Positions 37,639 to 47,694 are shown, numbered from the whole stretch's first letter. The stretch: DNA of 63,996 nt, filler included, from an uncultured Methanosarcinales archaeon (GCA_964385185.1; 3 parts of 3 records of this genome joined end to end with filler, not necessarily neighbours in it), one strand, 5' to 3'. Notes: generated by a model not told the origin, from the sequence alone. Made by a program: numbers and translations.

Positions 37639-38337
37639 TTTTTTTGGTTCTATATCAAAATGATCTAATAATCTGGTTGTCAATCCTCGAAGATGTCCCC
37701 TAGAATATTTTATTTTGTCATATATCCCACCAGATTGTTCAAAGATTTCCACTTGTTCACTTTGAAGGCTCATATGATATACATCTTTATGACACACAAC
37801 GGCATAGGCTACATCTTGTTGGAGGAAATCTCTGAGGGGATTCAATTTTCGTGATACTGACTTTGTGTCTACAATGTTCTTAACTCCTGTTCTTCGACGA
37901 TGTGAGTTTGCAGATCCCCAAATTGATGGTGTTGCATCGATGACTAGATAGAGATCACCTAATTTAACGACATGATCATATTTTTCTGTGTGTTCTGGAA
38001 AGTAATCGTTGCCATCAGGATGTGCAAATACAACTTTACGATGTGAGTTTGCAAAAACTTTACCAGCACTGTCTGTGATAAATTTGTATTTATCTGTTGA
38101 AACTCCTTGGGGAATTACTCCTGTCAACAGCTCAGGGTATAATCCTTTTGTAGCAATTGTTTTAATTGCCATGTCTACTATAATGTGGAAAAAATGCCGA
38201 TGATAGTCCATGATGGTAAAAGAAAAATCAGGATCATACTTAGGATGAGCCATAAAGGACTGGATAATCTCACCAGGTTCTATACATAAGGAAGTTATAT
38301 CAGCAATAAAATCTTCACCAATATCAGATTTAATCAT
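37612..38337 (-). CDS. Hypothetical protein (possible PD-(D/E)XK-like fold)
   Basis: 241-aa ORF; EKYDHVVKLGDLYLVIDAT resembles a restriction-fold core, weak. Confidence 0.6.
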   Translation of the reverse strand: MIKSDIGEDFIADITSLCIEPGEIIQSFMAHPKYDPDFSFTIMDYHRHFFHIIVDMAIKTIATKGLYPELLTGVIPQGVSTDKYKFITDSAGKVFANSHRKVVFAHPDGNDYFPEHTEKYDHVVKLGDLYLVIDATPSIWGSANSHRRRTGVKNIVDTKSVSRKLNPLRDFLQQDVAYAVVCHKDVYHMSLQSEQVEIFEQSGGIYDKIKYSRGHLRGLTTRLLDHFDIEPKKLVLNGNQI

Positions 38338-38371
38338 ATCATCAGAAATATCGATTTACTTTTAAATCTAA

Positions 38372-40111
38372 CTAAGAAATTTCTTTTGCTAATTCGATAA
38401 ACATTGCTAAACTCCAAGCTTGAGAGAGACATCCTTGGGATTTAAGTTCTGAGGCTGATGAGAGTTCTGCATGAGAACCAATAATACCTAGTTTTAAGAT
38501 ATCTTTACAGGAAGCTTTTGTTAATTTGTCAATGTAATGTCTGAATTTTTTCTTGTTTACTTTATGTAGGGAGAGTGCTGCTAGATTGTTTATCCAGAAC
38601 CAAGAATCCCCTCTGTGGTATGAATTAGGGACTTCTCCAGAGTGTTCTGTCTGGTAGAGTTGGTGTGATTTAGATATAGTTGAAAGTCCTCCCCAGTCTA
38701 ACCATAACTGTTTTAGGGCAAATGTGAAACATCTTGTCCATTCAGCATTGCTTAACAGTTGTGGATAGAGATAGTGAGCTATGAAGATGTTGGGACGTAT
38801 GGTTTGGTCAGTAGATCCATCTGCTAGGAAGTTTTTGTTCCAGAATTGATCTCGGACTTTCTTTTTTAATCTCAGTTCTAGATCTTTGTAGATTTTCTTT
38901 TTACTTATTTTGTGCATTAAGTGATACATGTTCAATCTTCCTGCTTGGATTTCAATTCGAGAACCTTCTCTTGTGTCATTCTGGTATACAGTGTCCATCC
39001 AGGTTTCTTGAGCAGTATTAGTTGCTAACGTGTTATTTGTGGATGATTTTAACAATCTTGAGATTGCATTCTGTAATTTCTTTTCAACTTCCTTTTTTTC
39101 TATGGGTGAGAGTGTGGGGAGAATAGAGTCTGCACGTTTGAATAACCAACCTACTGCATCTGCACATCCAAGATCTGTTGGTGGCAATCTATTTGCAATA
39201 TTACCATCTTCTTGCATTCTGCCAAGGATGGTGAAGAAAATACTCTTTGCAGTGTTATTCTTTCCTATTAGGTTTGCTGCTTTCAGAGAGATTGATTCAT
39301 CTCTGCTCCAGTATTGAAAGAACCAAGGCAGGCCTGCATAAATTCCTTTTCTAGCGTCAACATTCGTTAATAATTGATCATATGAGACTACAGCATGTTT
39401 GAGTGCTTTGGTTAAAGTTGCTTTTTTTGTTTTAGTGTTTTTTAGTAATGCTGTATGATATGTCTTTTCTAAGTTCTTTAATGATTTCATATTTTTGAAG
39501 ACAAAATCTGCATCGTATAATGCTCGCTCTTTATCTAAGGAGAAGGCTATGGCCATCTTTTTTGTTTTTATTTTTAGAGCTGAGAAAACGTGTCTATCGG
39601 ACGGTGTGGAACCTCTTCTTCTATCTAAACCATAATCTTTGTGTATGAATTCTTTAATTTCATTATATTGTAATGAGTCTGGTTTAATTACTACGTATAT
39701 TTTGTATTCTGTTTTATTTTCTGTTTCGTCTTCCTCTAGGTTGGTTTTCTTTGTGTAGGTGATTATTATTTTACCATCCTCTTCTTGGATATCGTAGAAT
39801 CTTCCGAAAGATCTGTTATCATATGATTCTTTACAGTCTAAGACTATTTCTGATTCGAATTCTTTGTCTAGATCGTAGGTGATGGCATTAAATCCATGTA
39901 CCATACAGTATCTTTGCGTTACTTCTGGATACTTTCTTTCAATCATCCAATAGTTTGAGTTAAGGGATTTTGGGGAACGCTTTATCTTTATGTCGTCTAT
40001 AACTTTGAAGGTTGATTTCTTTTCTCTGAAAAATATTCCTGAGTATCGTGAAAATGACCTAGTGCCTATTAAAGCGTATCCTCCTGTCCTGTTTGTTATG
40101 AGATATGACAT
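38372..40111 (-). CDS. Amylo-alpha-1,6-glucosidase (glycogen debranching enzyme)
   Basis: YAGLPWFFQYWSRD, ADAVGW, TWMDT, IRPN, YHRGDSW, SQAWS. Confidence 0.92.
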   Translation of the reverse strand: MSYLITNRTGGYALIGTRSFSRYSGIFFREKKSTFKVIDDIKIKRSPKSLNSNYWMIERKYPEVTQRYCMVHGFNAITYDLDKEFESEIVLDCKESYDNRSFGRFYDIQEEDGKIIITYTKKTNLEEDETENKTEYKIYVVIKPDSLQYNEIKEFIHKDYGLDRRRGSTPSDRHVFSALKIKTKKMAIAFSLDKERALYDADFVFKNMKSLKNLEKTYHTALLKNTKTKKATLTKALKHAVVSYDQLLTNVDARKGIYAGLPWFFQYWSRDESISLKAANLIGKNNTAKSIFFTILGRMQEDGNIANRLPPTDLGCADAVGWLFKRADSILPTLSPIEKKEVEKKLQNAISRLLKSSTNNTLATNTAQETWMDTVYQNDTREGSRIEIQAGRLNMYHLMHKISKKKIYKDLELRLKKKVRDQFWNKNFLADGSTDQTIRPNIFIAHYLYPQLLSNAEWTRCFTFALKQLWLDWGGLSTISKSHQLYQTEHSGEVPNSYHRGDSWFWINNLAALSLHKVNKKKFRHYIDKLTKASCKDILKLGIIGSHAELSSASELKSQGCLSQAWSLAMFIELAKEIS

Positions 40112-40112
40112 A

Positions 40113-40298
40113 TTAGTGTTTTAGTGATTTAATCCTCTCTAGTTTATCTGATTGTTCTTGTCTGTCTTTTGCTTTTTCATCTACGACTGATTGCATGAAC
40201 ATTTGTACTTGTTTTGACATGCTTATTCCATGAGATTTGCAGAACTCTGAGAAGTCTTTGTATGTTTCTTGCTCTACATTGAAGGTTTTTAGTACCAT
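40113..40298 (-). CDS. Small ribbon-helix-helix-like protein
   Basis: LKTFNV strand followed by FSEFCKSHGISMSKQVQMFM; abuts debranching gene. Confidence 0.7.
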   Translation of the reverse strand: MVLKTFNVEQETYKDFSEFCKSHGISMSKQVQMFMQSVVDEKAKDRQEQSDKLERIKSLKH

Positions 40299-40410
40299 TG
40301 TTATTTAACTTTTAATAGTTATATTTAATGTTATTTAAGTTATTATATTTAAATGTATTGGTTTTTAGATAGGAATTTTGAGAATTAGGTACTTAGTGAA
40401 ATACAATAAG

Positions 40411-40480
40411 GTGTGCAGGCTCACACAGTGAGCCAGTCCTTCTACATTTCCAGACCATTAGCTGGAAATGTAAGGACACT
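40411..40480. repeat. Two-hairpin palindromic intergenic element
   Basis: GGCTCAC-ACA-GTGAGCC (40418-40434) and TACATTTCCAG/CTGGAAATGTA within GTCCT/AGGAC (40436-40477). Confidence 0.7.
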
Positions 40481-40499
40481 ACGTTACTGTTTGAGAAAT

Positions 40500-41420
40500 C
40501 TACTTTTTTAACCAACTAGCTGCTGTCTCGGGAGAGACTGCGTTTATGATAATACCAGAAGAGAGTTCAAATCCAGCCCAAGTAGCAACTCTTGGGAGAA
40601 TTTCAATGTGGAATCTCATGTTTACTCCATTTGGTGAGGAGTAGGTGAGGATGTTGTAACTGTCACAGACCTGTTGCATGTTTTTTAATATACCTTTTAG
40701 GATAATAGATAGTTCCATGACTTCTTCGTCTGTTAATTCTGTCATAGACTTTACTTGTCTTTTGGGATAGATCCAGGACTCAAAGTTATATCTTGAAGCG
40801 TAGGGAGCCCATGCGAGGAAATTCTTAGTTTCTTTTATGGTTCTTTTAGAGTTTTTTTCTTCTTTGAGGATACTGTCTATCTTTTTTGGAGTGTATGCAC
40901 TCGCTTTTTGTTTAATATAAGGTGGAGTAAAGGGGGTTGTTATTATTTGAGAATGTGAATGGAGTATGGAAGTACCCCCCGATTTTCCATGGTTTTTGAA
41001 AATTGAAACAAAAGAAACATGTGCTTGTTTTTGTAGCGTTTGAACTCTGAGTTGGTAGACTTTGAGCACTTGGTGTATTTCTTTTGGTGTGAGGTTCCAA
41101 AGTTGTTTACCTCCAGGAGTTTCTACAATAACTTCATGATGGCCATAGGCTGGAGTGGAGACGAATAATCCTTTTTTTAGGTGGAATTTATTTTCTGTTG
41201 AAACTGCAGGGAATTTATTATTAAACCATCGAACTAACCAAGAACCTTTGTTTTCAACTCGTCCAATTTCTGGTGGTGTGAGGTGTTCATTCCCTGGAGC
41301 AAAGTAATCAGTAGCGTTTTTATCTTGTTCTGGTTTTTTAAATTGGTGAGGTCTTAGGTTACGTTTTTCTACTATTATAACCCAACGGTCTAAAGCATAG
41401 TCTCTTCTTAGTTCTGACAT
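40500..41420 (-). CDS. galT: Galactose-1-phosphate uridylyltransferase family protein
   Basis: ELRRD...WVII...RNLRP, NKFPA, GHHEVIVETP, HSHSQ, AGFEL. Confidence 0.9.
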   Translation of the reverse strand: MSELRRDYALDRWVIIVEKRNLRPHQFKKPEQDKNATDYFAPGNEHLTPPEIGRVENKGSWLVRWFNNKFPAVSTENKFHLKKGLFVSTPAYGHHEVIVETPGGKQLWNLTPKEIHQVLKVYQLRVQTLQKQAHVSFVSIFKNHGKSGGTSILHSHSQIITTPFTPPYIKQKASAYTPKKIDSILKEEKNSKRTIKETKNFLAWAPYASRYNFESWIYPKRQVKSMTELTDEEVMELSIILKGILKNMQQVCDSYNILTYSSPNGVNMRFHIEILPRVATWAGFELSSGIIINAVSPETAASWLKK

Positions 41421-41529
41421 ATGTTGTTTTTGAGATTATTGTTATTTAAATGTTCTGCAATGCAATTTAAAGATAAACTTATGTTCAAGACACTAAATTT
41501 ATTTAAAGAATATCCCTTTCTGTCATGAT

Positions 41530-42741
41530 ATGGAAACATCATTCTATGACGGGTTACTCGAAAGGTATAAAAATATCATGAGATTTATAAGTTCAAATCG
41601 AGGTGAAGTTGAAGCAGATGTTCAAAAGGAAACCCTCATTAATTTTTTCAAGTATTTGTATGAACATTCAGATTCTTTCCTTTCTTCATTTCATTCTGAA
41701 GATAAGATTGCATCATTAATTTTAGATTTTTTGTTTTATTCCCTACTATGTGATTTTAGAGATGAGATAAATGATTTATGCACTGATATGTACAATAATT
41801 TCTCGTCTGACTCTGATATTGATTTATTGCTTAGAGGGGTGGATGATCCTTTAGAAAAACAATTTATAATGGAGGGAATTTATTTATTAGTTGTTAGTAC
41901 AAGCATATACTACGATTTAGAAGCTCCAAAGAGACTAAGAGAACATTTGGATGATTTAACTACACATTTTAATGTTGAAAAAAGAAAACTAATTAGTATT
42001 CTTCAAATTGTGGCAAAATATTTGAAGATATATTCTATATGTAGTTCAAGAGAAATAACTGAAAAAGAGTTTCTTGAATTTAGGAAATTTGAAAGAGCCG
42101 AAAATCCTTATATTATGGCAGGTTATATTAATGCTAGTATAAAGTATATGGAATCTATAAATAAAATCTCACCCTTGGGATTTCAATTCGAATCTTTGTT
42201 CTCTACAGTTGATCAATACAATTATGAGAAATTTAATGAAGGATATTATTACCTTCTTTATGCGAGATATAAACTCATAGACCGAAAATACCAAGATGCG
42301 TTAAAATATGTTAGATACTCTCTGTGGTCAACCAATAAATATTGTCCAAGGAATGGTTCTCGTCGGAAGGACATAATTGAACTACGACAGAAGATTATAA
42401 GGCAAATAAATGTTGCAAAAGAGCTAAGAAATTTGGAAAAAACAAAATCTAGGTTCAATGAATTGAAATCGGAAATCTATCGGTTAGTTGGGATAATATT
42501 ACCAGTTATAGTAATTCCAATATCTGTATTAATTGCATTTCTCCAAGTCAGTAAGAATAATCACGATTTAGGGCTTGTTTTAATATTACTTGCAGGCGTT
42601 ATAGTAAGTGTGCTTTTGACTGCCCTTTTTGTAATCTCGGTTCCTTATATTTTTAGAATTATAGATAACACTTGGGCAATAGAAATGGAAAAGCATTTAA
42701 AGGATAAAAGGGGAGGAAGATATACGAGAGGTGAGATATGA
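41530..42741 (+). CDS. Hypothetical helical/TPR-like protein with two C-terminal TM helices
   Basis: YYYLLYARYKLIDRKYQDALKYV is TPR-like; coiled coil then two hydrophobic helices. Confidence 0.75.
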   Translation: METSFYDGLLERYKNIMRFISSNRGEVEADVQKETLINFFKYLYEHSDSFLSSFHSEDKIASLILDFLFYSLLCDFRDEINDLCTDMYNNFSSDSDIDLLLRGVDDPLEKQFIMEGIYLLVVSTSIYYDLEAPKRLREHLDDLTTHFNVEKRKLISILQIVAKYLKIYSICSSREITEKEFLEFRKFERAENPYIMAGYINASIKYMESINKISPLGFQFESLFSTVDQYNYEKFNEGYYYLLYARYKLIDRKYQDALKYVRYSLWSTNKYCPRNGSRRKDIIELRQKIIRQINVAKELRNLEKTKSRFNELKSEIYRLVGIILPVIVIPISVLIAFLQVSKNNHDLGLVLILLAGVIVSVLLTALFVISVPYIFRIIDNTWAIEMEKHLKDKRGGRYTRGEI

Positions 42742-43262
42742 AACTAGACCAATTGGCAAAATTGGAATTATTCTATAAGGAACTGGGCATTAACTTGAAA
42801 GAACCATTAGATTTTAAAAGTAGGTTTAGAATGCAAAAGGAGTCTTTCATTGTTAATGAAATTGGTAAGCTTCAAATTTTTGATTTAATTAGCATGGAAA
42901 ATGATTACTCTTGGTATATCCGGGGAGTATATTCTCAAAACATTGCCAATGCGTATTATTCAATTATGCTTAATCGTCATGTTCTAGATACTATCGATAT
43001 TAAGTCATTAAATGGAGAGTTTGTTCAGACATTGAAAAAAGTAAAGGAATTCTTTAATAAATTTAAACAACAGTTTAAGGTGAAAAAAGGATTTGGCAAA
43101 TTTGATGATTTACTCGAACTTTATTCTTCAATTATATACTTTCAAAACTATCAAAAATTAGATAACTATAATGAAATTTGGAAAACGATAAAAAAAGAAA
43201 AACCTCATTTAAAAATGTATGAAAAGGAAGGATTAATCATGTTTAATAAATGGATTTTCTAA
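42738..43262 (+). CDS. YwgA/Panacea(SocA)-like winged-helix protein
   Basis: RFRMQK...YSWYIRGVYS...LLELYSSIIYF matches the QK...GPYS...LEL pattern; ATGA overlap. Confidence 0.65.
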   Translation: MKLDQLAKLELFYKELGINLKEPLDFKSRFRMQKESFIVNEIGKLQIFDLISMENDYSWYIRGVYSQNIANAYYSIMLNRHVLDTIDIKSLNGEFVQTLKKVKEFFNKFKQQFKVKKGFGKFDDLLELYSSIIYFQNYQKLDNYNEIWKTIKKEKPHLKMYEKEGLIMFNKWIF

Positions 43263-43317
43263 TGGTATCAGTATTCTAATCCAAAGCTTTAAATAATTCT
43301 TTACCGAAGGTGTTACT

Positions 43318-44034
43318 ATGGGGGTAAAGATACTTTTATCTGTAATTCTAACTGTTTTACTAGCTTCAACAGTTTCAGCAGGTATTGTCATTAGTGATAG
43401 TTTACTCGAAGGAGATTCTTCAGTATACAAAGTAGGTAATGAAGGGTATTTGCTCACACTGGTTATTGTAGATATTAAAAAGAAAGCTGCCATGTTTGAA
43501 CTTAATGGGGAAAGAAGTTCTATACTAAAAGAAAGAAATGAACATAAATTTGAAGATGGAAGCATTATTATTGTAAAAAATGTATTTGGAGACCGAGATG
43601 GAAAAGATTTAGTTGACTTTTACTTTGCAGGTACAGGTAAAAATACAGTGCCTATCAAAGAAGATAGCATCATAAGAGAACCTACAGGAACTATTGAGGG
43701 TATTGATCAGTGTGATGATGAATGTGGAGATGACAATCCTTGCACAGAAGATGTCTGCCTAGCAGGAAGGTGTGTCTACAACGATATTGATGGTTGTGCT
43801 ATAGAAGGAAAATGTATTGACAGAGGAGAGATAAAAAACGGCCAGTATTGTGCTAGGAGAGGAATTATACCTTTACGAGCGGATGGCCAAACCTGTGTTG
43901 AGCAAGATGAATGTGAAAACAGAAACTGCAATGATGGTATTTGTGGCGAGAAAGAAGTACTCGTAGAACAGAAGGTAGAGAAAAAGGGTGTATTTAGTAG
44001 ATTCTTTAGTTGGCTAGGAAACATATTCTCATGA
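43318..44034 (+). CDS. Secreted Cys-rich protein
   Basis: Signal peptide; CGDDNPCTEDVC and other Cys modules; amphipathic FSRFFSWLGNIFS tail. Confidence 0.8.
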   Translation: MGVKILLSVILTVLLASTVSAGIVISDSLLEGDSSVYKVGNEGYLLTLVIVDIKKKAAMFELNGERSSILKERNEHKFEDGSIIIVKNVFGDRDGKDLVDFYFAGTGKNTVPIKEDSIIREPTGTIEGIDQCDDECGDDNPCTEDVCLAGRCVYNDIDGCAIEGKCIDRGEIKNGQYCARRGIIPLRADGQTCVEQDECENRNCNDGICGEKEVLVEQKVEKKGVFSRFFSWLGNIFS

Positions 44035-44366
44035 AGATCTTAAAACGTGGAAAGAAGTTTAAGGTAGAATCGGGTACTAAAGGAACGTTTTATGATGTCA
44101 GTTTAGAGAAGAAAACATGTACCTGTCTCCACTATCAGTTTCGAATGGCTAAAGAAAAGGGAGAGTGTAAACACATCACAGGAGTAAGAGAATGGGTGAG
44201 TGAGCGTGTTGAAAAAAAAGGAAAAGGAATTCTTGATTATGTTCGGGAACATCAACCAGTGGATGTTATAGAGTTGATGGACAAGTATGGTCAGAGTATA
44301 GTAAATGATCTTATTGCTACTGGAGAATTGATTGAAGAAAGTGGTAAGATTGAGATATTAAGTTAA
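44031..44366 (+). CDS. SWIM zinc-finger protein
   Basis: CTC...CKH motif. Confidence 0.85.
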   Translation: MKILKRGKKFKVESGTKGTFYDVSLEKKTCTCLHYQFRMAKEKGECKHITGVREWVSERVEKKGKGILDYVREHQPVDVIELMDKYGQSIVNDLIATGELIEESGKIEILS

Positions 44367-44530
44367 GGATAATTGTTTAAATATATGGATTTTGTATATG
44401 ATCTCCCCATGGCAATTGCTTTTTTAATTTACCTACAATTTTTCCCAGAGTAGGTTTATCTTGAGAAATGTAGATTCTTCTCGCTCCACCTTGCTTCCCA
44501 TTGCAAAATACTCCGACATACGGTTTAGAA

Positions 44531-45139
44531 TTAAGGATTTACCGTCTTCTCAATTTTAACTAAGGATTTACTGCCTTGTAGAATTTCAAACTTAATGGTG
44601 TGATCTTCATTTGAATACATCTTCATAGGAATAGATAATCTGAATGAATTTGTGTATGTTCCTCCTGAAATAATCGGTGGGAGTGTAATGGGATTGGAGT
44701 TCAATGGTTTGAATGCTCCTGCAAATTCTTTTTCGTCTTTGGTATACGGTCTGTAAAAATTCAATACAATATTATTTTGAGTTTCATCTTTTCCATTGGA
44801 TACCGAAATATCAAAATCGTCAATAATCCAAAGATCTCCTTCTTTATCTACATCTAATGAGGATACGGTCATGGTTATTTTACCATTTAAATTTCCAGAT
44901 GAGGTAGTGGGTTCAATTTCTGGTTCAGGTTCTTTCTCTACTATTTCTTCTTCAACCGTAGCTTCAGTCTCTTTTACTTCTGCAACTTCATTCGTCGCAG
45001 TCGCTTCTTCAAGTGCTAATCCTGGAGTGCAGTCTGAATTATATCCATAATGGTAGAGAGCACCCAGCAATACAAATATGATAAGAAGTAAGATTACTCG
45101 TTCGATTCTTCTTGGTGTAATCTTAATTTCTATGGCCAT
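44531..45139 (-). CDS. Membrane-anchored hypothetical protein
   Basis: N-terminal TM, acidic linker, beta-rich C-terminal domain. Confidence 0.75.
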   Translation of the reverse strand: MAIEIKITPRRIERVILLLIIFVLLGALYHYGYNSDCTPGLALEEATATNEVAEVKETEATVEEEIVEKEPEPEIEPTTSSGNLNGKITMTVSSLDVDKEGDLWIIDDFDISVSNGKDETQNNIVLNFYRPYTKDEKEFAGAFKPLNSNPITLPPIISGGTYTNSFRLSIPMKMYSNEDHTIKFEILQGSKSLVKIEKTVNP

Positions 45140-45229
45140 ATTCTACGTTTATGAAAAAGTTATATTTAAAGTTTGTTGTTGTGTGGTGTATGGGTGGGTT
45201 TTTTAAATGACATAGATTCTCTATTTTAT

Positions 45230-45745
45230 ATGACAGAGGATGAAGAATCGTTTGAAGAGGATACTCCAGATATGATGGTTATTCCGGGTATTGTTGACAT
45301 TCGTAGACGTAGAGGATTTCCTGAAGAAGATAATGTTTGGAAGTTTGTCCAGCTTTATATGTATGATACACCGGTGTTGGTGTATGGGCATGGATCAATT
45401 AATCATGCAGAAATTTTAAGATATACTCTTCGTAGTGAAGATATTGAATTTGAGGAAATTAATGTTGGAGACTTATATCCCGATTGGATACCAGCCTTGC
45501 AACAAGAAGGATCCTACCGAGCGGTAGGGATGGGGAATATGAGGACTGGAGATGCAAGCTATGGGAAAAGACTCTTACTTTTTGATAAAAGTCATCATTA
45601 CAAAATAGGACCTAACACTGAACATGCTAGGAAGTTAGAGGATGTAAGTGAAATTAAGATTGAAATTGATCTCAATGCAAATAACTTGATACGTCGTCCC
45701 GCTCGGTTTAAATATGAAAAAGATCTACAAAAAAAAGAACGATAG
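45230..45745 (+). CDS. Hypothetical protein
   Basis: ATG 45230 downstream of TATA-like ttttaaat; no recognised motif. Confidence 0.7.
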   Translation: MTEDEESFEEDTPDMMVIPGIVDIRRRRGFPEEDNVWKFVQLYMYDTPVLVYGHGSINHAEILRYTLRSEDIEFEEINVGDLYPDWIPALQQEGSYRAVGMGNMRTGDASYGKRLLLFDKSHHYKIGPNTEHARKLEDVSEIKIEIDLNANNLIRRPARFKYEKDLQKKER

Positions 45746-45845
45746 TGGATGGAATTTACATCAATGATCTGAAGAGAGTCTAGAAAGTTTTCCTTACTCA
45801 CTGTGTTCTTAAGCAAAACCTTTATATTCAATTAAGTTATCAGAT

Positions 45846-47096
45846 ATGTCTATGGGCTTTATTAAATTCAAATATGAGAAAGATGATGAGGACGAACCGA
45901 AGCCAAAGGTAAAAAAAGCAAAGAAAGGTTGGTTCCCTGTCAAATTTAAATATTCAGAAGATCCTGAAGATGATGCCCCTATTTCTCAACCTGAAGAGGC
46001 TGTAGCTGAAGCAGTAGAGGAAGAAGTTCCTATCCATGATCCTATTGATCCTACAAAAGCAAAGAAAAAAGGTTTTGTATTGGATTGGGAGCAAGCTTTA
46101 GGATTTCGAGCCGATCCATTTTCTGGAGATACACCAAGCCCTGTTGAAGATCATATTGCTGGAATGAAAAAAGAGAGAAACAAACTTAATCTTTTTGTTA
46201 TTAATAATAGTCGATTTGGAACCATCCAAGGGGAAGAAGGAATTGGTAAAACTATTCTTATGCATTGGTTAAAAGAAGCTCTTGATGAACACGATGAGAA
46301 ATTGTTTTGTGTCTATGTCGATGGTGGAAATAAAGATACTCGAGTCTTGAAAGAGATTGTTGTTCCTTTGATGAGTCGGTATGAAAAAACCGTGAAGAAA
46401 GGTCAACTTAAGATGAGCCTTGATCAATTTGTCTTTTTTATCCAAGAAAAAATTGGAGATAGGAAATTAGTAGTCTTAGTTGATGGAGTAAAAGCATTAT
46501 TGCCAAAAGATTTAGTGTTATTTTCTAAATTGTATAAACTTATTAGTTTACAGGTGGTTTTGGCTGATACTAAAGAGGCTATTCGAAATAGTATTCTTGG
46601 ACGTGTTGAGCGAATTGAAGATGTAGATAAAAGTCAATTTCATGATGATCTTCATATTGGTGTTGATGGGTTAAGTGTAGGGGAAGTTGAAGATATGTTA
46701 ACCTCTCGGATTGAATCTGCAGGAGGACATGGCATTGCTCCGTTTAGTCCTAATACTGTGCGTGCTTTGCATAGGAAATCAAATGGTAATCCTAAAACAT
46801 TATTGAGAATGTGTAAAACAAAGGCTATAGAGTTAAGTGTTAAGGAGGATGATTCTGAAGAGGAAGATATTCCTCAGCCTACATCGAAGAGAACGGCTAG
46901 TAAGATGGATTCATCTGGCGCTAAGGCAAGTTCTGGACATGAAACTGAAGATACTAAAGGAGATATTGACCTTACTGCGGGTGCTAGTAGAGGGGATGAT
47001 TATAAGATTGAAGTGGTGAATAGTAATTCTGATTTCCAGATGGTTACTGAAGTGGATAAGAAAGGGAAGAAGAGTGTTAGAGTAAAGAGTAAGTAA
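45846..47096 (+). CDS. ExeA/GspA-like AAA+ P-loop protein
   Basis: LGFRADPF, Walker A GEEGIGKT, Walker B-like LVVLVDG, SNGNPK. Confidence 0.75.
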   Translation: MSMGFIKFKYEKDDEDEPKPKVKKAKKGWFPVKFKYSEDPEDDAPISQPEEAVAEAVEEEVPIHDPIDPTKAKKKGFVLDWEQALGFRADPFSGDTPSPVEDHIAGMKKERNKLNLFVINNSRFGTIQGEEGIGKTILMHWLKEALDEHDEKLFCVYVDGGNKDTRVLKEIVVPLMSRYEKTVKKGQLKMSLDQFVFFIQEKIGDRKLVVLVDGVKALLPKDLVLFSKLYKLISLQVVLADTKEAIRNSILGRVERIEDVDKSQFHDDLHIGVDGLSVGEVEDMLTSRIESAGGHGIAPFSPNTVRALHRKSNGNPKTLLRMCKTKAIELSVKEDDSEEEDIPQPTSKRTASKMDSSGAKASSGHETEDTKGDIDLTAGASRGDDYKIEVVNSNSDFQMVTEVDKKGKKSVRVKSK

Positions 47097-47131
47097 TAAG
47101 TTTTTTATAGTAGGTTTCAATTCTTATTTTT

Positions 47132-47560
47132 ATGAGTAACAATTCTCAATTGGAAGGTGTTGTAGTTAATGCATGTTTTGAGTTTGGACATCCTCCAGCT
47201 GATGAAGATGATGATGCTTGGGTTATGCTTTCTTATACATGGGAAGGAGTAAGTTATCAGATTGATCTTAGTATGGAAGAATTTGATTCATATATTCGTA
47301 AAGGAGTCAAAGGACACGAAGGATTAATAGGATATGAAGGTGAAGAGATGGAAATGCACTTTAAAGATAAAATCGTAAAAGGAGAAACACCTTTCACTTT
47401 GGTTGCTAAACCTGACGCTCAGAGAAGATATGAAACCCACAAAAGAGAAGAGAGGGAATGGTACGAAGCGAAAGGAGTTCCCATTCCACCTGATGACATG
47501 AATGATCCTGAGCAACTGCAAAGATTTGATAATAGATTGGATGAATTATTTCCTGACTGA
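47132..47560 (+). CDS. Hypothetical acidic protein
   Basis: 142-aa ORF co-oriented with neighbours. Confidence 0.65.
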   Translation: MSNNSQLEGVVVNACFEFGHPPADEDDDAWVMLSYTWEGVSYQIDLSMEEFDSYIRKGVKGHEGLIGYEGEEMEMHFKDKIVKGETPFTLVAKPDAQRRYETHKREEREWYEAKGVPIPPDDMNDPEQLQRFDNRLDELFPD

Positions 47561-47630
47561 ACCTTTATCACAATTCTACACCTAGTTTTCAGATAGATTT
47601 ATAAACAACCCAAATTCCCTAACTATTACC

Positions 47631-47694
47631 AATGATTGATGAACCTTTCTTCGGAAAGGGGAATGAGGCGAGAATTTAATTCTTACCTAGGAGG
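47631..47694 (+). promoter_or_regulatory. Structured 5' leader of rpl7ae
   Basis: TGATGA, then CCTTTC-TTCG-GAAAGG hairpin, ATGA, second hairpin, SD AGGAGG; TATA tttataaa at 47598-47605. Confidence 0.5.
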
